From Atractiella rhizophila (lineage: Eukaryota): a DNA stretch of 38,362 nucleotides. The position numbers and the translations under genes are program-made. Shown piece after piece: positions 24,102 through 35,465 of the stretch; position 1 is the first letter of the stretch; the number at the start of each line of letters is the position of its first letter. Where the stretch lies: positions 1 to 38,362 of the forward strand of contig MU271622.1 in NCBI GenBank assembly GCA_021432655.1, read 5' to 3'. The notes beneath the pieces were generated by a model. That model saw only the letters and a list, made by a program, of their open reading frames with translations. It did no database searches and was not told where the DNA came from.

Positions 24102-25354
24102 ATGGATGAAGGAAGTAGTACCCAAGGCGGAAACCCTCTGCTGAATCGTTTATCAGAGCTACCTCCTGAAGATGTCGCAGCCAATTATCGCGATTTGGCC
24201 AAAGTGGTGCGCTTTCCAGTCTTCCTGTAGTTTGGGAGAATAGAGATGTTCAAGCATATGTTGTCGGAAGACACCGACTTTATCGAACATCTTCAAGGCA
24301 TTTGTCGCGACAAAGAAAGCGGAGGGAGGCAATGAGTTTAAGGATGTATGGCGAAGCATGCATCTCTTTAGAGAGTGCTGCGAGTCGTGCGTTTTCCCCT
24401 GGCTCTTTCTCTGGACAATTATCTGAGAGTTTAGCGTCCTTCAAGGTTTGGATGGAATCTCGTCCTTGATGCAGGCGACCAGCATGATGCTGCTCGCTTT
24501 TGTGAATTGCACAGGCCACAGACAGATCTACTTCAGTTGCTGTATCAGCAGTTCTTTGAGAACTACCTCGGTTCGCTGTTTTGTCTTCCTTCCAACATTT
24601 CCTCAACAGATCACAGTGGACAAAATCTCCCTCCGTCCCAACACTGTTCAATTGATCGTCTCCCACCTAACAGCCTTCACACGCTTCCTCCACTCCCCTC
24701 CAGACCTCAATTTCCTCCCAGAACAAGACGTCGAGAACCTACTACAGCTGTGTAAGGTGGAGGCAAAGACATTGAAGCGGAGTGAGAAAGCGAAGAAGAT
24801 CGGGAGAGACTTTGCGACTTGGGCCAAGAGTGCATATGGAATCAAAGACCAGGAGATTAAGGAGACTGACGTACTCGAGGGTTATTTTGATATTTCGAAA
24901 ATATTGGATGATGGAGTTGAGTTGACGGAGTTTACCTTGGGTTAGTCGCCTCCAATTCTTTGAGGTCTTGATAGAGTCCCTAGACTGACGGTTCTTGAGA
25001 GTAGACAGCCCGACAACCATCCCACCTCCCTGGCGTCTCCGTCTACCTGGAATCATGCTTGCCCACCTCCTTCCTCAAGATCAACTTCACGCCTCGCTGT
25101 ATCTGATACCGTCCAAAGGCTTTTTCATCCCTCTCACACTTCACAACGTTTACCCCGAAGGTTCAGCCACCTCCTCGTCGCAGCCACCCGAAGCATTCTT
25201 TGACAAGAGTGTGGAGCCAAGGGGCTTCGAGGAAGGCACGTATGATGAACAGTTTTGGAAGAGGTATGAAGAGGAAGAGGTGACGCAGAGTGACTGGGAG
25301 GATCTGGAGGAGGAGGAAGAGGGGGAGGATGATGATGTTGAGATGGAAGAGTAG
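24102..25354 (+). CDS. Hypothetical protein with acidic C-terminus, multi-exon
   Basis: ATG 24102; ORFs 24448-24945 and 24995-25354 linked by an intron starting gttagt with a CTGAC branch point; ends EEEEEGEDDDVEMEE*. No family recognised; 5' exons uncertain. Confidence 0.55.
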
Positions 25355-25580
25355 AGCCTACATCGCCAAAGGGGGAACACGTAAATCAATCCGGCTTCAA
25401 TCCGTTCAAGAGGACCCGATGTACATTCCGGAATGTCAAATATGAGGTGCCAATGCAAAGAATTCAGTGAAACAAACCTTTTGATTGTACGTTCCCCAGT
25501 GAGATAGTTCTAGCGATACAACTTCTATGCTATTCTTCAACAATCGTAATGAACATGCGAAAGGGGACTTCTCAAGCTTT

Positions 25581-28421
25581 TTAATCGACATCCATATCTG
25601 GCTTCTCTCCCTCAGCACCAGCGAAATCCATATCCACATCTCCATTCTGCGGCTTCTCCTCCTTCTTCTCCTCCTTTGGCGGAGGAGTGGAGGTTGGAGT
25701 CGGCTCTGCCGTTTTAGGTTTGGGCTTGGACAAGATCGGTGTGCAAGTAAAGGTGACACTGAAGGTGAAAAAAGGTCAGCGACTAAACGCTCGGAGCAGC
25801 AAAAAGAAACATACTCTTCCCGCTTCTTGACGAGATCCTTGACAGTAACGACAGGGTCCTGGTCCTTTGGTCGCTCCGACTGCTTAGCCATGATATCTTG
25901 CATCCACTTCTGGGCATTTGCAACAGTTTCGATGACCTTCTGCATGTCCTTCTACAAGTCCACAAGAGATACGTGCTCAGCCTCTTTCTTCTTGGTAGCA
26001 AACGGCTCGAAACTCACCTCCTCAATGTGACTGTATTTCTCGTCTCCGGATTGTGCCTTGTCCATGAAACCAGCGAGCGTCTCTCCCAAAGCCTTCGCTG
26101 CTCGATCGCGTTCCTCCTTCTCCCTGTAGCGGAAGGCAATAGGGTCGCCTAGTTTTTTGAGAGCATCCAAACGGGACACATAGTCGGATTTTTTTGCATC
26201 CTCACCCTCCTATTCATGATCAACTGTTCATATTACCGGGCTAAAGCATAGAAATACACGAACCTCTGTGTACAGCCAATCCTCAGCTTCAGAAAGCTTG
26301 GATCGTAGAGTATCCTTGTCAGCAGAAGGGGCAAAGGCCGAGTATGATCCATCCAGTTTCTCTCGCATGTCATCTGGAATAACTTGTTAGGCGGGCAGAG
26401 TCGAAATATGTAAAGAAAGCCATACAGATATACTCTTCAAGGGCATTCTTGCGATCCTCAGTCTCAGAAACAAGTCGGTCGTTAGCGTGCATCTCCCCCT
26501 CACTCTGCTTCATGTCATTCAAGATGTGAGTTGGAAGTGCCGAGGTCTCGAACGTAAAGGGAATATCCTTTCGAATAGTCTTCTTCGATTTCTTCGCCGG
26601 CGGTGCGTCTGCACCTTCAGCTGGGACTTCTCCTCCATCAACATCCATCTTTTGCTCTGCGGCGGGAGCCTCGACTTCCACCTCTTCAACCAGCGCAGCA
26701 GAATCGACGGAAAGGATACCGTGAAGATTAAGCTTGACCTTGAGCTTAACTTGGGAGAAGTCGCCTTTCGAATTCGGCGTGACGTTTTGAAGTGAGATTT
26801 TGCCGATGAAAGGGCTAGAGACACCGGGAAGATCCTTAACGTCTGGATAGGAGGCCATGATTTCGAAAGGTTGCTTGCGGTAATAGGTAAGGGCTTTGAC
26901 TTTTGAGGGCACGGCTTCCATCTTCTGAATAACCCTCAAAGTGGTATCATCGTCCGGATCGCCAGCGTCTCTCGCCCAGGTAAAGTCGATGGGGAATCCG
27001 GTGATATCGCTCGTCGAGAAGTCTCGCACCTTGAAAACTGGGGAGAGGATAGCGCAAGCGAGAGTGGCGCCTCGACAAACGGCCTCCTCTGGATTGCAAG
27101 TGAAACTGAGCGGTCGCCCGAAGAACGACTGGATGCGGTTTTTGAGCGCCGGAATCCTGGTCGAACCTCCAATCAATTCGACAGCCTCGATCTCATCAGG
27201 GGAGATTTTCGCTTCAGCCAAAGCTGCTTCGAGAGGCGCGATTGTACGCTCCAGAAGCGGGGCAATCATTTCGTCAAAGGCCTCACGCGTCATGGAACTC
27301 GAAGCGTCGACATCATTCATGATGCTCTCTACACTGAGTGGTGCGGCGGCATTTGCGCTAAGGATTTTCTTCAACTTCTCGACACCACTGGCGAGCCTGA
27401 AGACAGCTTTCTTGTTGCTCTTGACGTCAATCTTGTACTTTGACTTGAACTCCTCAGCGAAATGCTCAACGAGAGCCCAGTCGATATCTCGACCTCCGAA
27501 ATGACGATCGTAAGCCGTACCCTTGACAGTGAGAGATCCTTTACTGAAAGCGACGATGGAAACGGAGTAAGAGGAGTGTCCAATATCGACAAACGCAATA
27601 TGCTTAGGCTTCTCTTCGGGAGGAGGAAGGTCAGTTTTGGTGATGCCGTAGCCGAGCGCGATAGCGGTGGGTTCGTTAATCAGTCGTAAGGTGTGGAGGT
27701 TGGCGATTTCAGCAGCGTCAAGAACGGCACGCCTTTGAGCATCAGTATACCAGCCGGGAACAGCGATAACGACATCGTTGACCGCTGATTTAAGCTCTTT
27801 CGCAGCAATGTCTCGAAGCTTCCCAAGGTATGCACCGTACAGTTGAGTGGCGGAAAACTCAGTTTGCTCTCCAAGATAGTTAACCTGACCTGTGGTCAGA
27901 AAAAAACGCTTCTTTGTACCAAAAGAACCCACCTTGACTCCGACTGACCCCTTGACGTCTACCAGCTCATTATTGAGATACTTCGCTTCATATTGTTGAA
28001 TGTCAGGGTCCTACCACCAGAGAGACAAAGAAATGGACACCAAATCAATGGCACGCCCAAATAAAGCAAGACAAAGGACGGACATACCTGCAAGGACCGT
28101 CCAATCAATCTCTTCAGGCTTCCAATGGTGTTCTTGAAGTTACCCATCTCCTGACTCTTTGCAGACTCCCCAATGTTCCGTGAACGGGGTCCGAAAGCCA
28201 CCAAAGACCTGTCCCGTTTGATCAGGAAACCCCAAGTCAAGCACGGCAAACACGCACGGAGTAGCTCTGTTAGAGACTTCATTGATCAAGATATCAATTC
28301 CACGATTTCTCGCCGCTCCAATCTGTGCGCCATCGACTCGATCAGGCTGATGCTTCAGTTGACGATGAGAGCTTACCTTGGAGGCCAAATTTCCAACATC
28401 GATACCGATTACGCTGGTCAT
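25581..28421 (-). CDS. SSE1: Hsp110/Sse1/Hsp88 chaperone (Hsp70 superfamily nucleotide exchange factor), multi-exon
   Basis: MTSVIGIDVGN, GIDILINEVSNRATP/SLVAFGP, VIAVPGWYTDAQRRA, LRLINEPTAIALGYGITKTDLP, IELIGGSTRIP-type motif, ETEDRKNALEEYI; ends MDVD*. Confidence 0.95.
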
Positions 28422-28480
28422 TTTGGGGGTGATAGGTGCTGTTGCAAAGGTGGCGATCTAAGTGGTCCTTTTCTATTTCG

Positions 28481-28537
28481 TGTCCAGAATCGTCCAGAAG
28501 CTTTGTCCCAGTCGTCGAAAATTTTCCAGAACTTCGC
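28481..28537. promoter_or_regulatory. Probable heat-shock elements (nGAAn arrays) in the short divergent promoter upstream of Hsp110
   Basis: ccaGAAtcGTCcaGAAgcTTT and ttTTCcaGAActTCg: alternating, partly imperfect nGAAn units 60-115 nt upstream of the Hsp110 ATG. Confidence 0.6.
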
Positions 28538-28617
28538 GTAAAGTTTGACGGAGCTGTGGCAAGAATGCCCAAAAACACGTGACCACAGGGAAATAACGAC
28601 ACGACGCGTCAAGAGGG

Positions 28618-29493
28618 ATGGAGCAAAGGATGTCGATGAGACCGGGGATGGGAGGTATCAAGAAAATTAAGAAAAAGGCTACAACACGTCTTGGAAAGCT
28701 TACAGCCGAATCCTTTTTCGAGATCGAAGCCCCAGCCACCGTTTCCTCAAGAAGCAGGCTTATCGACGTGATCGCTCCCAGCACATTGCCAATCCAGTTG
28801 CAATTTGATGAAGATATACGTGAAGAAGATCTCGCGCAGAGTTTCGTGCTACAATTGGAAGAGGTTGGTCAGCTTCTGTTACCCTCACAGCTGGGACTTC
28901 CTTCGATGTGTTACAGTTAAAAGAAGCGCTGTCGATTTCTCAAGTCCGACGCGTCGAAAGTTGTTCACTCGAAATCTCCCTCGCAAATGGTTCTCGTTCT
29001 TCAGAACTGATCATGACCGCTTCAGCGGCTCGTCTCACCTCAATACGCGTCAGTTTCAGCGTAAATGGAAAAGGGTACATCGATATTTCCCAAGACGTGT
29101 TGCGCGCTCTCGCGAAAACATGGGCAAAGAGATTCCCACTTGTGTTTGCAGCTGCATGGCAGAATGTGCGCGACCGCCAGCTTCTCCTCTGCCTAAATTG
29201 AAATGGGAGTAGAGACTATTGGAAGACTTGAAGCACGTAGATTCCATTAGCGATTCTCTCCAACTGCTCCTTGGGAATTCAAAAACATTCTCTCGGCATT
29301 TTGAGGCCGCGAAAGAGGTGTGTTATCTGCTGAAAAGCGCTCTCATTTGCTGCTCAAGTTGTATGAGTAGGATCTCTTTGCTTCGATGGAAATGGGCGAT
29401 TGGAGACAATCAATGAAGAGATCAGTGCTTACCTTTGCTCGACATTCTCTCAAGCCCGAACCGATCACTTTTCCTCCAAATACAACGCCTTAA
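28618..29493 (+). CDS. Hypothetical protein, 4 exons, divergent from Hsp110
   Basis: ORFs 28618-28920, 28908-29201 and 29219-29416 join in frame through three short GT..AG introns; basic KKIKKK near the N-terminus; stop TAA 29491-29493. Start may be 28618 or 28630. Confidence 0.6.
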
Positions 29494-29979
29494 GCTCTCA
29501 CCCGAATATTATTTCTTTAGAGTCATGATGCGATAAGTATTTTAGTTGATACATCTTGCTGAGAAGACTCGCAAAGTTACAATCCTCTTCGATCAGCCAG
29601 GGTCAGGACCGTTCTTTCGTCGGGTTTCCACTGTACTCACGACACACAATCACGTCTTTCATGTCATTAGGCTTTTCGAAGTTTCTGCATTATTATGAGT
29701 GGACAACTACGCTTTTCCACGGTACCTTGTTGCTCATTGCTTATTTTCCTGTTTGTGGGTTAATGTGGATTGTTTTCCAGAATAGCGAAGCTACTAAGGC
29801 TAGCTTCTCAGCCAGGGTCAAGATTTTTAGTTTATGTTTATGTGATAGATATCACGAACACCTGCCATCCATCGCGTCGTGTCAGCTAGCTGACTACGGA
29901 AATGAAAGGAGAGGAGGTAACAAAAAGAAGTACAAAGCGGGATTTGGTAAGAAAGTTTGGAAGAAAGTAGAAAGCACGG

Positions 29980-30296
29980 TGTTAAACGACTTTTCGTTCG
30001 CGCCACATCTGGCTTTCGTTAGAGTTTAAACCGGCCTTCCTACCGTCTGCCCGTTTTCCCTCCTTTCTGCTGGTATTCTGTCTCAAGTAGAACCACCACC
30101 ATCCTCTGTCTCATATACTCTCGTACTATACCTCTCTGCAAGCGATTCAGTTTCAAACTCGTTAATAGACGTTCGATTGGAGTCGACACCCGATAGCGAA
30201 ATCAAGCTAAGGAGTAGGAAATCAGGTACACAATTCGGCGCGTTTACGAAGCCCCCGGGCAGGAGAGGAGGGAAGGTTTTCGCGGTGCGTTGTTTT
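29980..30296 (+). repeat. 5' LTR segment (B, 317 bp)
   Basis: Starts TGTTAAACG and ends GTTGTTTT with no terminal CA; identical to 38037-38353 by eye. Confidence 0.93.
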
Positions 30297-30314
30297 TGGC
30301 GTTCAGAGAGAGGA
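30297..30314 (+). promoter_or_regulatory. Primer binding site (tRNA 3'-end complement)
   Basis: TGGCGTTCAGAGAGAGGA immediately after the 5' repeat; complement ends ...GAACGCCA. Cognate tRNA not identified. Confidence 0.7.
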
Positions 30315-30872
30315 ATTTCGCTTCGTCCACCTTTGTTGCGCGAGTGATTGGGCTTTTCCTCACGTTGCAGTCGCCGTTAATGCTCGTTTGAGTGGCGACA
30401 AACAACCCCGTTGATCACCTTTCCCTTTCTCTCGACGAGACCATACGATTTGGCTGATTTCGCCCAAAGAGTTTCACGAGTTACAGAGGCACTTGTGCTG
30501 GTTCCACTCAGGAATTGCAGTTTGTTCGCACTTGCATTTGCATTTGCATCGTTTTTTTTCTGCTCAAAGGTCTAGAATTTTCATCGACCGTTATTTCCTC
30601 TTTCTGATCCCGCGTTCATCGTCCCACCCTTGTCTCACTCAGCCACTTTTCTGCCCTTAAAACGGCCACCCTTTTCTCTTTGCTCTTTCCACCCTTGAAA
30701 TTTCTCCATCCGTTTTTCAACAATCTCCATCGAACGACATTTCGCCGCCATTCCACCCCCTCAAGCATCTAAAACGCCTCCAATCCTCCTCTCACCCATC
30801 CATCTCACTTCTCCCACCTTGCCACAGACCTCTGGCAATCTGACCCCCACTTTCCACGATCCTATCAAGAAA

Positions 30873-32423
30873 ATGTCGGAGGACAAAGGAGACGGCAAAT
30901 CCAGGCGCGACTCCCCACCCCATCTTCCACTATCTGCCTCCGCACAGCCCATCATCCAGTTCTCCCAAGATCAACTCGCCAGTTTCGTTCAACAAATCCT
31001 CCGTGGGACACCACAACCACCCATTGACACTTCGTCAACCACTCGAGTCGAGCCGGTTCCTTCTCTCAAGGTTCCCTCATTTACCGGCGAAGGAGAGGAT
31101 GCGGACGAAGACTTCGAGCACTTCTCTAGGCAAATGGATCGCTATTTTCGTCATTATAAGTACGACGAGGATCCCGACAGTGACCGACGTAAGGCAGTAA
31201 TCCTACTGTCTGGCGAATGTATCAAACCAACGTCATTGGCGGGCCGGGTCCTTCAGGATGTGGCAGAAGGCGATCAAGAATCGTATGAGAACCTTATGGA
31301 TACTCTGCGGTCGAGGTTTGCGAACTACCTTACACATGCGGCAAGGGAGTCGAAGGCGTTAGCGAAAATATCAGAGAGGAGGTTTAAGGATAAGGATCAT
31401 GTGGGGGAGACGATGGCGGAGTTCCTTCAAGAAGTGGAACAGTGGTTTCGATGGGGACAAATTTTGGGGGACAAACATCGGATTCGGGAGGTGTTACGGA
31501 TGATCGAGGTGGAGGATTTCAAGGAGCGGATTGCGAAGATGCGGTATGGGAAGAGTGAAGAAGGCAGGAGGATGGGTACGGAGGTGGAGCTATCTTGGAG
31601 GGAAGTAAAAGAGGAGTTAGTGATGTTGGATTTGGCTAGGGCAGAGGTAAGTGAGGGCTACCGCACCTCGCTCTATGGTGTGCCAAGCGGACGTCCTGCT
31701 CTTCGTAAGAAGGGTGTGGCGTTCGAGGCTGAACCCAATGAGCGAGGTAGAGGGGCGGGGTTGGGGATGCTCGACGAGATAACAGACCGGAATACCGCTT
31801 TCAACCGAAGGAACGAACCCTACTACCCCTCTCCCCGCTCGCGACCCCCCATCTCCAACTACTCCGACACGACCACTCCTCCGGCAGAACCTCAACAAAG
31901 AAGACCCCCACTCTCCTCCCCGTTCTCTCCTAGAATAAGCAACCCGTTTCCAGACTCAGTCTCTCCACACCCGTCTCCTTTCAATTCCCGTTCCCGTCCT
32001 AATTTCGCCTCTCCCATTCAACCCTCAACTCCAGCGTCACCTTACCCTCCTCGTGGTCCCACCAATACTCCAGCAACTCCACCAAACAACCTCCCACTGG
32101 GAAGGCCGCCCGGCCCTCTAATGCATCCTGAAAGGGAGTTGAGGGCGAGGAATGAGGCTGGACGAGCCATCACCGCCGGGAATATACAAAGGGGAAATGT
32201 AGGAGCGTTCGCTTATGGTGGAGGGAAGGGAGAAGAGGAATGGGAGGAGGAGGAATTCACGCGGGAGTTTGAAATGTTGGGAAGAAGTGAGGACAACAGG
32301 GGGGAAGGAATTGGGTATGGGTATTATGTTGGAAATGAGTGGAGGACCCGTTCCATGGATGAGCTCTCGTTGGCGGGGGAAGCCAACGCCCGACAGGAGG
32401 AGGAGCCTGTTCGGGAAGTGTAA
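30873..32423 (+). CDS. gag: Gag (capsid-like) protein
   Basis: First ATG of ORF 30819-32423; LKVPSFTGEG..DFEHFSRQMDRYF, SYENLMDTLRSRF, ETMAEFLQE capsid-like motifs; Pro-rich C-terminal half; no CCHC knuckle seen. Confidence 0.82.
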   Translation: MSEDKGDGKSRRDSPPHLPLSASAQPIIQFSQDQLASFVQQILRGTPQPPIDTSSTTRVEPVPSLKVPSFTGEGEDADEDFEHFSRQMDRYFRHYKYDEDPDSDRRKAVILLSGECIKPTSLAGRVLQDVAEGDQESYENLMDTLRSRFANYLTHAARESKALAKISERRFKDKDHVGETMAEFLQEVEQWFRWGQILGDKHRIREVLRMIEVEDFKERIAKMRYGKSEEGRRMGTEVELSWREVKEELVMLDLARAEVSEGYRTSLYGVPSGRPALRKKGVAFEAEPNERGRGAGLGMLDEITDRNTAFNRRNEPYYPSPRSRPPISNYSDTTTPPAEPQQRRPPLSSPFSPRISNPFPDSVSPHPSPFNSRSRPNFASPIQPSTPASPYPPRGPTNTPATPPNNLPLGRPPGPLMHPERELRARNEAGRAITAGNIQRGNVGAFAYGGGKGEEEWEEEEFTREFEMLGRSEDNRGEGIGYGYYVGNEWRTRSMDELSLAGEANARQEEEPVREV

Positions 32424-35400
32424 TGTTCTCCTCACAACCTCTTTCTTCTCTTCCGTCTGCTTTGTTTCCTCAATCCTCTTCATCTACTTCCGTTACTAAC
32501 CACAGAAGACTTTATAATCCCTACTCCCCTCGCTCGTTCACATCGACAACCCACCCAGCGACAGAAGAGGAGGAGGATTGCTATTTCATGCCCAAATCTC
32601 CTTCTCCGACACTTTCGGCAACCTCGAAACAAGAAACTATCCCTCTCACCAACCCCCTCTTTTGTGGCGACATTTCTCACGATGTCAAACCACCACACGA
32701 TCTCTTGGATCCACCGCCGGTCCCTTACCACCAAACTGCCCAAATCAACAGTATTTTCCTCGCCCCTCGATATTCCGATTTCCCTCCACACAATTCGTTT
32801 CCAGATGCGACGTTTGACCTTCCCCCTCCACTCCCTTCTCATCGCCCTCTCCGACTTCTCCAAGTTCCGGCCCTACGAATGACCCTTCGAGGGATCGCAA
32901 TGTTCCACGCCATCGTTAATGGAAAGGTGGAAATGTTGTGTATGGATACGGGCTGCTCCAAGTCAGTGGTAACCCGGGGCTATTGCGAAGAGAAGGGATT
33001 GGAAATAAGGGAGTTGGAGCGGCCAATGGGTGCTTCGAATACGGCTGGTGGCCCCGCGTCGGTAGTAGGAGTGACAACGTTAGAGTTCAAGATAATGGGG
33101 GAGGAGTTCGCTGTGGATTGCCATGTCCTGGAAGGCAACCACTTCAGTTGCCTGATCGGAACTGAGGTGATGGAACGGTATGGAGTTATTATCAACTTCA
33201 GAAACCATTCCCTGGGGTTCTGGAAGCGGGGTCGCGATGCTTTCGTACCCTTCACCCTCTCCTCTATGCCGATCCCTCTTCCTCCTTCCAAGTCTCGTGA
33301 AATGTCTACTGAACAAGTGAAGCGCAGAGTAGGGAATCCGAGAATGAAGCCCAAGAAGGGTACCTCCACTCCCAGACCGCCATCACCCTCTCCCCTACCC
33401 CCCGTTGACCAGGAACCACTGACAGGAGCTAGGAAAGAAGTACGACTCAAACACGACGCCGTCCTGCCTCCCCATTCAGCAACCGATGTGAAACTCACCT
33501 TCCACCCCACTCTCTCTCACAACGACCTTTATTTCCAATCGCGAACCGATTTCGCCTCTTCTGTCCATCTCCAGGACACCATCTTCAACCCACAATCTCA
33601 TTCCGATCAATATTTCAGTTTCATCAACGAGGGGGGGCACGAGGTACGACTTTCAAAAGGCACCATCGTAGGACACCTTGCCAACCTCAAGGAATTCCAA
33701 GTTTTCAACGCACCCTCAGCCTCACAACTCTTTTCATCTCCGAAAACGGCGGACGAGTGTTTCTCCATTACTGAGGACGATTTGGAGGGATTGGATTTGG
33801 GAGATGGGATAACGGAGAGTGAGGGTCTGCGGTTGAAAGAGTTCTTGTCGGAAAGAGGTGGACAATTTGCGAAGGGATTGGAGGAATTGGGAACAGCAAG
33901 AGGGGTGGAGTTTGGAATCGAAATTGAAGACGGGAAACGGCCACCCTCAGCCAGAGCCCATCGTGCCAACCCTATGAAGCAACGGGAGATCGACAAGCAA
34001 GTGCGCGACATGCTCGACCAAGGTATCATCGAACCCTCCCAATCACCATACTCCTCTCCTGTCGTCCTCGTCACCAAAAGCGATGGCTCTTGGCGGTTCT
34101 GCATCGACTACCGCGCCCTCAATTCCGTCACCAAGAAAGATGCCTACCCTCTCCCTCTCATCGACGATATTTTCGACTCTCTCTCCGGTTCGAAATACTT
34201 CAGCACCCTCGACCTCGCTTCCGGCTATTGGCAGGTGGTCTTGAAAAGAGGAGACAGGGAGAAAGCGGCGTTTATCACGTCGAACGGGCTCTGGCAGCCT
34301 ACTCGTATGCCCTTTGGTCTCACTAATGCTCCTGCCGTTTTCCAACGGTATATGACCTCTATCCTGCGAAGTCTAAAGGACTTTTGCTTGGTCTACCTCG
34401 ATGATATTATCATCTTCAGCAAAAGTTGGGAAGAACACCTGAAACATATTGGGTTGGTGATGGATGCACTTGCCGAAGCAGGTGTCAAGATTAAATTAGC
34501 AAAATGTAAATGGGGGAGGCGTCAGCTCAAGTTCTTGGGACATATTGTCTCCGCAGAGGGCTTGAAACCTGACCCGGCGAAGGTTTCGAAGATCAGATTG
34601 ATCAAGAGACCAACGAGTAAGACAGAGTTGAAGGCGTTTTTGGGACTTGTCTCTTACTATCGCCGCTATATTCCTAACTTTGCTAAAATCGCTTTCCCTC
34701 TCACGTTTCTCCTTCGTACTGATGCGGTAAAGGGGTGGGATAAAGAATGGTCACAGTGGGGGAGGAGGGAACAGGAAGCATTCGATGAGCTCAAGTACCG
34801 ACTACAAGTGGCCCCAGTCCTTGCCCTGCCGGACTGGAGCCAACCCTTCATCTTACAGACCGACGCCTCCTCTCAGGCTCTAGGTGCGGTGCTCTCGCAA
34901 GTGTTTGAGGGAGCAGAACATCCTGTTTGTTTCGCTTCCCGAACACTTGGAGCAAGCGAGGGGAAGAAACCTTCGGTGGAGCTAGAATGTATGGGAGTCG
35001 TCTGGGCCCTTCACCACTTCCGCCACTACCTCTCCAATCGCCCCTTTATTCTCCAAACAGACCATCAGGCTCTCCAATACCTCCAAAAACACAAGGACGA
35101 CTCTTCGCTCCTCTACCGCTGGTCCTTGAAAATCCAGGCTTTCGACTTCCAGACCGTTTATCGCAAGGGGAAGCTTAATCTAAACGCGGATGCAATGTCG
35201 CGTCTGCGGTTCGAAGAGGACCCCGAGGACGCGAAGGTCGACAATTCTTCACTCTTTCTCTCCATCCCTCGCTCTCACACCATCCCTTCCCACCAATTCT
35301 CCCTCGACTCCAATTGCCTCTCCGCTTTCTCCTTCTACTTCGACGACCCCCTCCTCTTCTCCGAACTGTCGCAGGCCTACAAACTTCACGGCGGCATGGA

Positions 35401-35425
35401 GAAGAAACCCTGGTGGTGGAAGTAA
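32423..35425 (+). CDS. pol: Pol: aspartic protease, dUTPase-like spacer, reverse transcriptase, RNase H (no integrase)
   Basis: MDTGCSKS protease; WRFCIDYRALN, LDLASGYWQ, MPFGLTNAPAVFQ, YLDD; RNase H LQTDAS, ELE, TDH, NADAMSR. Confidence 0.95.
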   Translation: MFSSQPLSSLPSALFPQSSSSTSVTNHRRLYNPYSPRSFTSTTHPATEEEEDCYFMPKSPSPTLSATSKQETIPLTNPLFCGDISHDVKPPHDLLDPPPVPYHQTAQINSIFLAPRYSDFPPHNSFPDATFDLPPPLPSHRPLRLLQVPALRMTLRGIAMFHAIVNGKVEMLCMDTGCSKSVVTRGYCEEKGLEIRELERPMGASNTAGGPASVVGVTTLEFKIMGEEFAVDCHVLEGNHFSCLIGTEVMERYGVIINFRNHSLGFWKRGRDAFVPFTLSSMPIPLPPSKSREMSTEQVKRRVGNPRMKPKKGTSTPRPPSPSPLPPVDQEPLTGARKEVRLKHDAVLPPHSATDVKLTFHPTLSHNDLYFQSRTDFASSVHLQDTIFNPQSHSDQYFSFINEGGHEVRLSKGTIVGHLANLKEFQVFNAPSASQLFSSPKTADECFSITEDDLEGLDLGDGITESEGLRLKEFLSERGGQFAKGLEELGTARGVEFGIEIEDGKRPPSARAHRANPMKQREIDKQVRDMLDQGIIEPSQSPYSSPVVLVTKSDGSWRFCIDYRALNSVTKKDAYPLPLIDDIFDSLSGSKYFSTLDLASGYWQVVLKRGDREKAAFITSNGLWQPTRMPFGLTNAPAVFQRYMTSILRSLKDFCLVYLDDIIIFSKSWEEHLKHIGLVMDALAEAGVKIKLAKCKWGRRQLKFLGHIVSAEGLKPDPAKVSKIRLIKRPTSKTELKAFLGLVSYYRRYIPNFAKIAFPLTFLLRTDAVKGWDKEWSQWGRREQEAFDELKYRLQVAPVLALPDWSQPFILQTDASSQALGAVLSQVFEGAEHPVCFASRTLGASEGKKPSVELECMGVVWALHHFRHYLSNRPFILQTDHQALQYLQKHKDDSSLLYRWSLKIQAFDFQTVYRKGKLNLNADAMSRLRFEEDPEDAKVDNSSLFLSIPRSHTIPSHQFSLDSNCLSAFSFYFDDPLLFSELSQAYKLHGGMEKKPWWWK

Positions 35426-35465
35426 CTCGCTCGAGGACGCGCGGTCTTTCTGGTGGGGGGACCCG

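Noticed and set aside
29556..30029. 157-aa ORF running into the 5' LTR
   Set aside because: Non-ATG start, crosses the element boundary, no motifs.
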